Below are positions 44,567-46,698 of a stretch of 46,698 nucleotides of DNA, piece by piece. The stretch comes from Patescibacteria group bacterium (lineage in GTDB: Bacteria; Patescibacteriota; Minisyncoccia; Phycocordibacterales; VMEP01), in contig JBBTQM010000023.1 in assembly GCA_038065675.1 (NCBI GenBank), forward strand, positions 1-46,698, read 5' to 3'. The first letter of the stretch is position 1. The number at the start of each line of letters is the position of its first letter. The position numbers and the translations under genes were made by a program. The notes under the pieces are model-generated. The model was given only the letters and a program-made list of their open reading frames with translations. It did no database searches and was not told the DNA's origin.

Positions 44567-44950
44567 ATGAATGATTTTTTGCGCCTAGGGAGGGGAGAGG
44601 TCGGACGTGTTGGGGAAGAAATTGCCTCAATTTTTCTTGAGAATAAAGGATTTTTTATTGTCGGGAGAAATTACAGAAAAAAGTGGGGAGAAATTGATAT
44701 TATCGCCAAAAAAGGGAACTCCATGCGTTTCGTTGAAGTTAAAACCATATCGTCTAGCGGAGATACTTCTTACATGCCGGAAGAAAATGTCCATTATAAT
44801 AAATTAAAACGTCTGACGAGAACGATTGAAACATTTTGCGCCGAGCGCAGTTTTTACGGAGATTGGCAGATTGATGTTATCGCAGTATTCCTTGATGTTA
44901 ATAAAAAAGAGGCGAAAGTTAGGTTTACGGAAAATGCCGCGGCGGGGTAG
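44567..44950 (+). CDS. yraN: YraN family endonuclease
   Basis: G..GEEIA..FL..KGF.IV.RNYRKKWGEIDIIA...FVEVKT...IDVIAV. Confidence 0.92.
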   Translation: MNDFLRLGRGEVGRVGEEIASIFLENKGFFIVGRNYRKKWGEIDIIAKKGNSMRFVEVKTISSSGDTSYMPEENVHYNKLKRLTRTIETFCAERSFYGDWQIDVIAVFLDVNKKEAKVRFTENAAAG

Positions 44951-45050
44951 GGGATAGTATTTATTTTATGGTAAAATCCCCCTTGTCTGCCGCCCTCCTG
45001 CCGGCAGGCAGGTAACGGTAGTATATATGCTTTGGGGTCGAGACTTTTGT

Positions 45051-45382
45051 CGGAGTGTAGTATAACGGTAACCCCAGTAGGAGAGCGAAGCTCCCTACGG
45101 GGTAAATATATCTGGTTTGGGGATATTTTTTTTCTCGGGGCGTAGTATACCGGTAGTATATCTGGTTTGGGACCAGACGGACCGGGTTCGATTCCCGGCG
45201 CCCCGAGAAAGAAAATATCCGGAAGTCTGGGGGACTTCCGTGGGAATTTCCATTAGAAATTCAGACGGTCCGAGTTCTAGTCACGCGTCATTTACTGCTG
45301 TAAATGCGCGCGACCCCGCCTCAGCACGTCTGCCTCCGGCCCTTGCACCTTGCGGGCACTCGGTGCAAGCTCGGCACCCCGA
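45051..45382 (+). pseudogene. Fragmented tRNA-Pro relic: 5' half 45051-45123, 3' half 45262-45382
   Basis: CGGAGTGTAGTATAACGGTA..[palindrome]..ATATATCTGGTTTGGG and CAGACGGTCCGAGTTC..[insert]..CTCGGCACCCCGA align with the intact tRNA-Pro nested between them. Confidence 0.6.
45136..45206 (+). tRNA. tRNA-Pro(TGG)
   Basis: CGGGGCG/CGCCCCG acceptor, TCTGG-TTTGGGA-CCAGA anticodon arm, CCGGG-TTCGATT-CCCGG T-arm. Confidence 0.92.
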
Positions 45383-45461
45383 TAATAATCTCGTATAAGA
45401 AGATACTTAAAAGTCTTTAAAATGTAGCATTTTTTGGCGGGAATCTCGCCCTTTCACTAAA

Positions 45462-46634
45462 TTACTGAGTACCTATGGCGTCAGTCATTATTTTGGTCAA
45501 TTTTTGCCGTACCCCTTCGTTAAATTCTTTGGCCAGAGTTTCAACCGGCGTATTTAGAAAACTGTCTATTTTTTTGCCGTTTTCCGTCTCAAACGCTTTT
45601 TTTATGTAAGACGTCGCTATAGCGTTTAATTCGCGTTCCCCGGTCGTTTTTGAGTCCGTGGCGGTTGTTATAACGCCGAGAAGTTTCCCCGATATCAGGC
45701 TTACGATTGCTCCCCCGGAAGCCCCTTTTTGCGAAATGATATTGCCTTGTACGGAAAATATATCCGTTGCCCCGACATCTTTGAAATAATAAAGTTTTTC
45801 TATATTTGAAACGCTTGAGGCAACCCAAAGATTGCGCTCAATGGTTATTCCGCCCAGAAATCCGGCGGGATATGCGGCGAGGAGAACCGGCATTCCGGCG
45901 ACAAAAGGATCATTCATTTCCATTTCTGCATAAGGAAAAGGCGAGGGGAGAGTTACGCCCTGCGTTATCATTCCGTTTATCCCGAGAAAAGCATAGTCAT
46001 TTTCTCCTGTTCCCAGTGGACTTTCCTCTTTTATTTTCGCGGCGTTTAGAGAAAGCCAGCTTTCCGGAACGTAAAGGAGCTCAAGAGTGTAAGCGGGGAT
46101 TGCCGGGCTCCCGGTGCGCCCCACGCAGGAAATAAAGTCTTTCATGTGGTAGTCCTTAAGCAAAAAATACTGGGCGATGTGGGCGTTGGTGAGGATAATT
46201 CCGGTGCCGCTTACAATTACCCCGCTTCCGGAAAACGGCTTCAAATAACCGTCCGTTTTGGTCGTGCAAAAAATATTTACAAGTTCGCCGCGAATTTTGT
46301 CGTTTTCGGCCGCCTCCGAAAGAATTTCGCCGCGTTCTATTTTTTGTATTGTTTCCAGCTTAAGCGGGGGATAGGAAGCGGTTTTAGCGGACGTTTTTTT
46401 CTTGGCCGGCGCTGTGGCAGAGGATGAAACCGGTTTGTTTTGCGGGCTTTTTTCCGTGCCGGTTGCCGTCTGAGTTTTTTGTTCCGGCTGTTTTACGGCA
46501 ATTTCTATTTTTTGGGATTCTGCCGGCGGGGGAATCGGCTTTTCGCTTGAGTAATTTACGCCAAAAAGCGCGCTTATGCCTACGACCGCGGGGATTACTA
46601 TTTTGGTCTTGATAAAGTATAGGAATGCCCCCAT
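45462..46634 (-). CDS. Membrane-anchored trypsin-like (S1) serine protease
   Basis: GSGVIV...ILTNAH (His), NDYAFL (Asp), KGASGG (Ser); N-terminal hydrophobic anchor and low-complexity linker. Confidence 0.82.
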   Translation of the reverse strand: MGAFLYFIKTKIVIPAVVGISALFGVNYSSEKPIPPPAESQKIEIAVKQPEQKTQTATGTEKSPQNKPVSSSATAPAKKKTSAKTASYPPLKLETIQKIERGEILSEAAENDKIRGELVNIFCTTKTDGYLKPFSGSGVIVSGTGIILTNAHIAQYFLLKDYHMKDFISCVGRTGSPAIPAYTLELLYVPESWLSLNAAKIKEESPLGTGENDYAFLGINGMITQGVTLPSPFPYAEMEMNDPFVAGMPVLLAAYPAGFLGGITIERNLWVASSVSNIEKLYYFKDVGATDIFSVQGNIISQKGASGGAIVSLISGKLLGVITTATDSKTTGERELNAIATSYIKKAFETENGKKIDSFLNTPVETLAKEFNEGVRQKLTKIMTDAIGTQ

Positions 46635-46646
46635 TTATTATTTTAT

Positions 46647-46698
46647 TGGTGCGGGATGGGAGAATCGAACTCCCGACACCAGTTTGGAAAACTGGAGT
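46647..46698 (-). tRNA. tRNA-Gly(TCC), partial (5' end beyond the window)
   Basis: Minus strand CCAGT-TTTCCAA-ACTGG...GGGAG-TTCGATT-CTCCC-ATCCCGC-A-CCA. Confidence 0.88.

Noticed and set aside
43714-45398. Short ORFs across the tRNA and repeat region
   Set aside because: They overlap tRNAs and structured repeats and show no protein features; only yraN is accepted
1-46698. Alternative genetic code 25 (UGA read as Gly)
   Set aside because: dnaA and dnaN end at TGA at the expected lengths and long genes are uninterrupted under code 11

Overview
A 46.7 kb chromosomal segment, most likely from a Patescibacteria (CPR, Parcubacteria-like) genome. It uses genetic code 11 (TGA is a stop) and covers the replication-origin region. 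Housekeeping content: polA (partial), tsaE, pilB/gspE, ruvB-yebC-ruvC, tyrS, a class A PBP, a DciA-like gene-dnaN-dnaA divergent from rpmH-rnpA-yidD-yidC, rsmA, pcrA, a LysM-M23 peptidase, comM, a DksA-like gene, pnp, NYN, rpsO, a Xer recombinase, xth, DUF1643, a CCA-adding enzyme, yraN, a trypsin-like protease, four tRNAs and a probable 6S RNA. It also holds the CPR T4SS-like operon (pilin, VirB4, TraC-like, PrgI, VirB6-like) with no relaxase in the window. The most unusual signals are non-coding: (1) a ~147-bp structured repeat family at tRNA T-arms whose arms match whichever tRNA hosts it; (2) a four-helix-bundle (Avd/IVS-protein-like) gene enclosed by complementary 7-nt-periodic arms, with related heptamer arrays elsewhere; (3) small TIR elements inserted in the start codons of apparently leaderless genes, regenerating the ATG; (4) six parS-like sites and a second repeated motif inside the CCA-adding enzyme CDS; (5) an intact tRNA-Pro nested inside a fragmented older tRNA-Pro. 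All calls come from reading the sequence by eye; no searches or folding programs were run.
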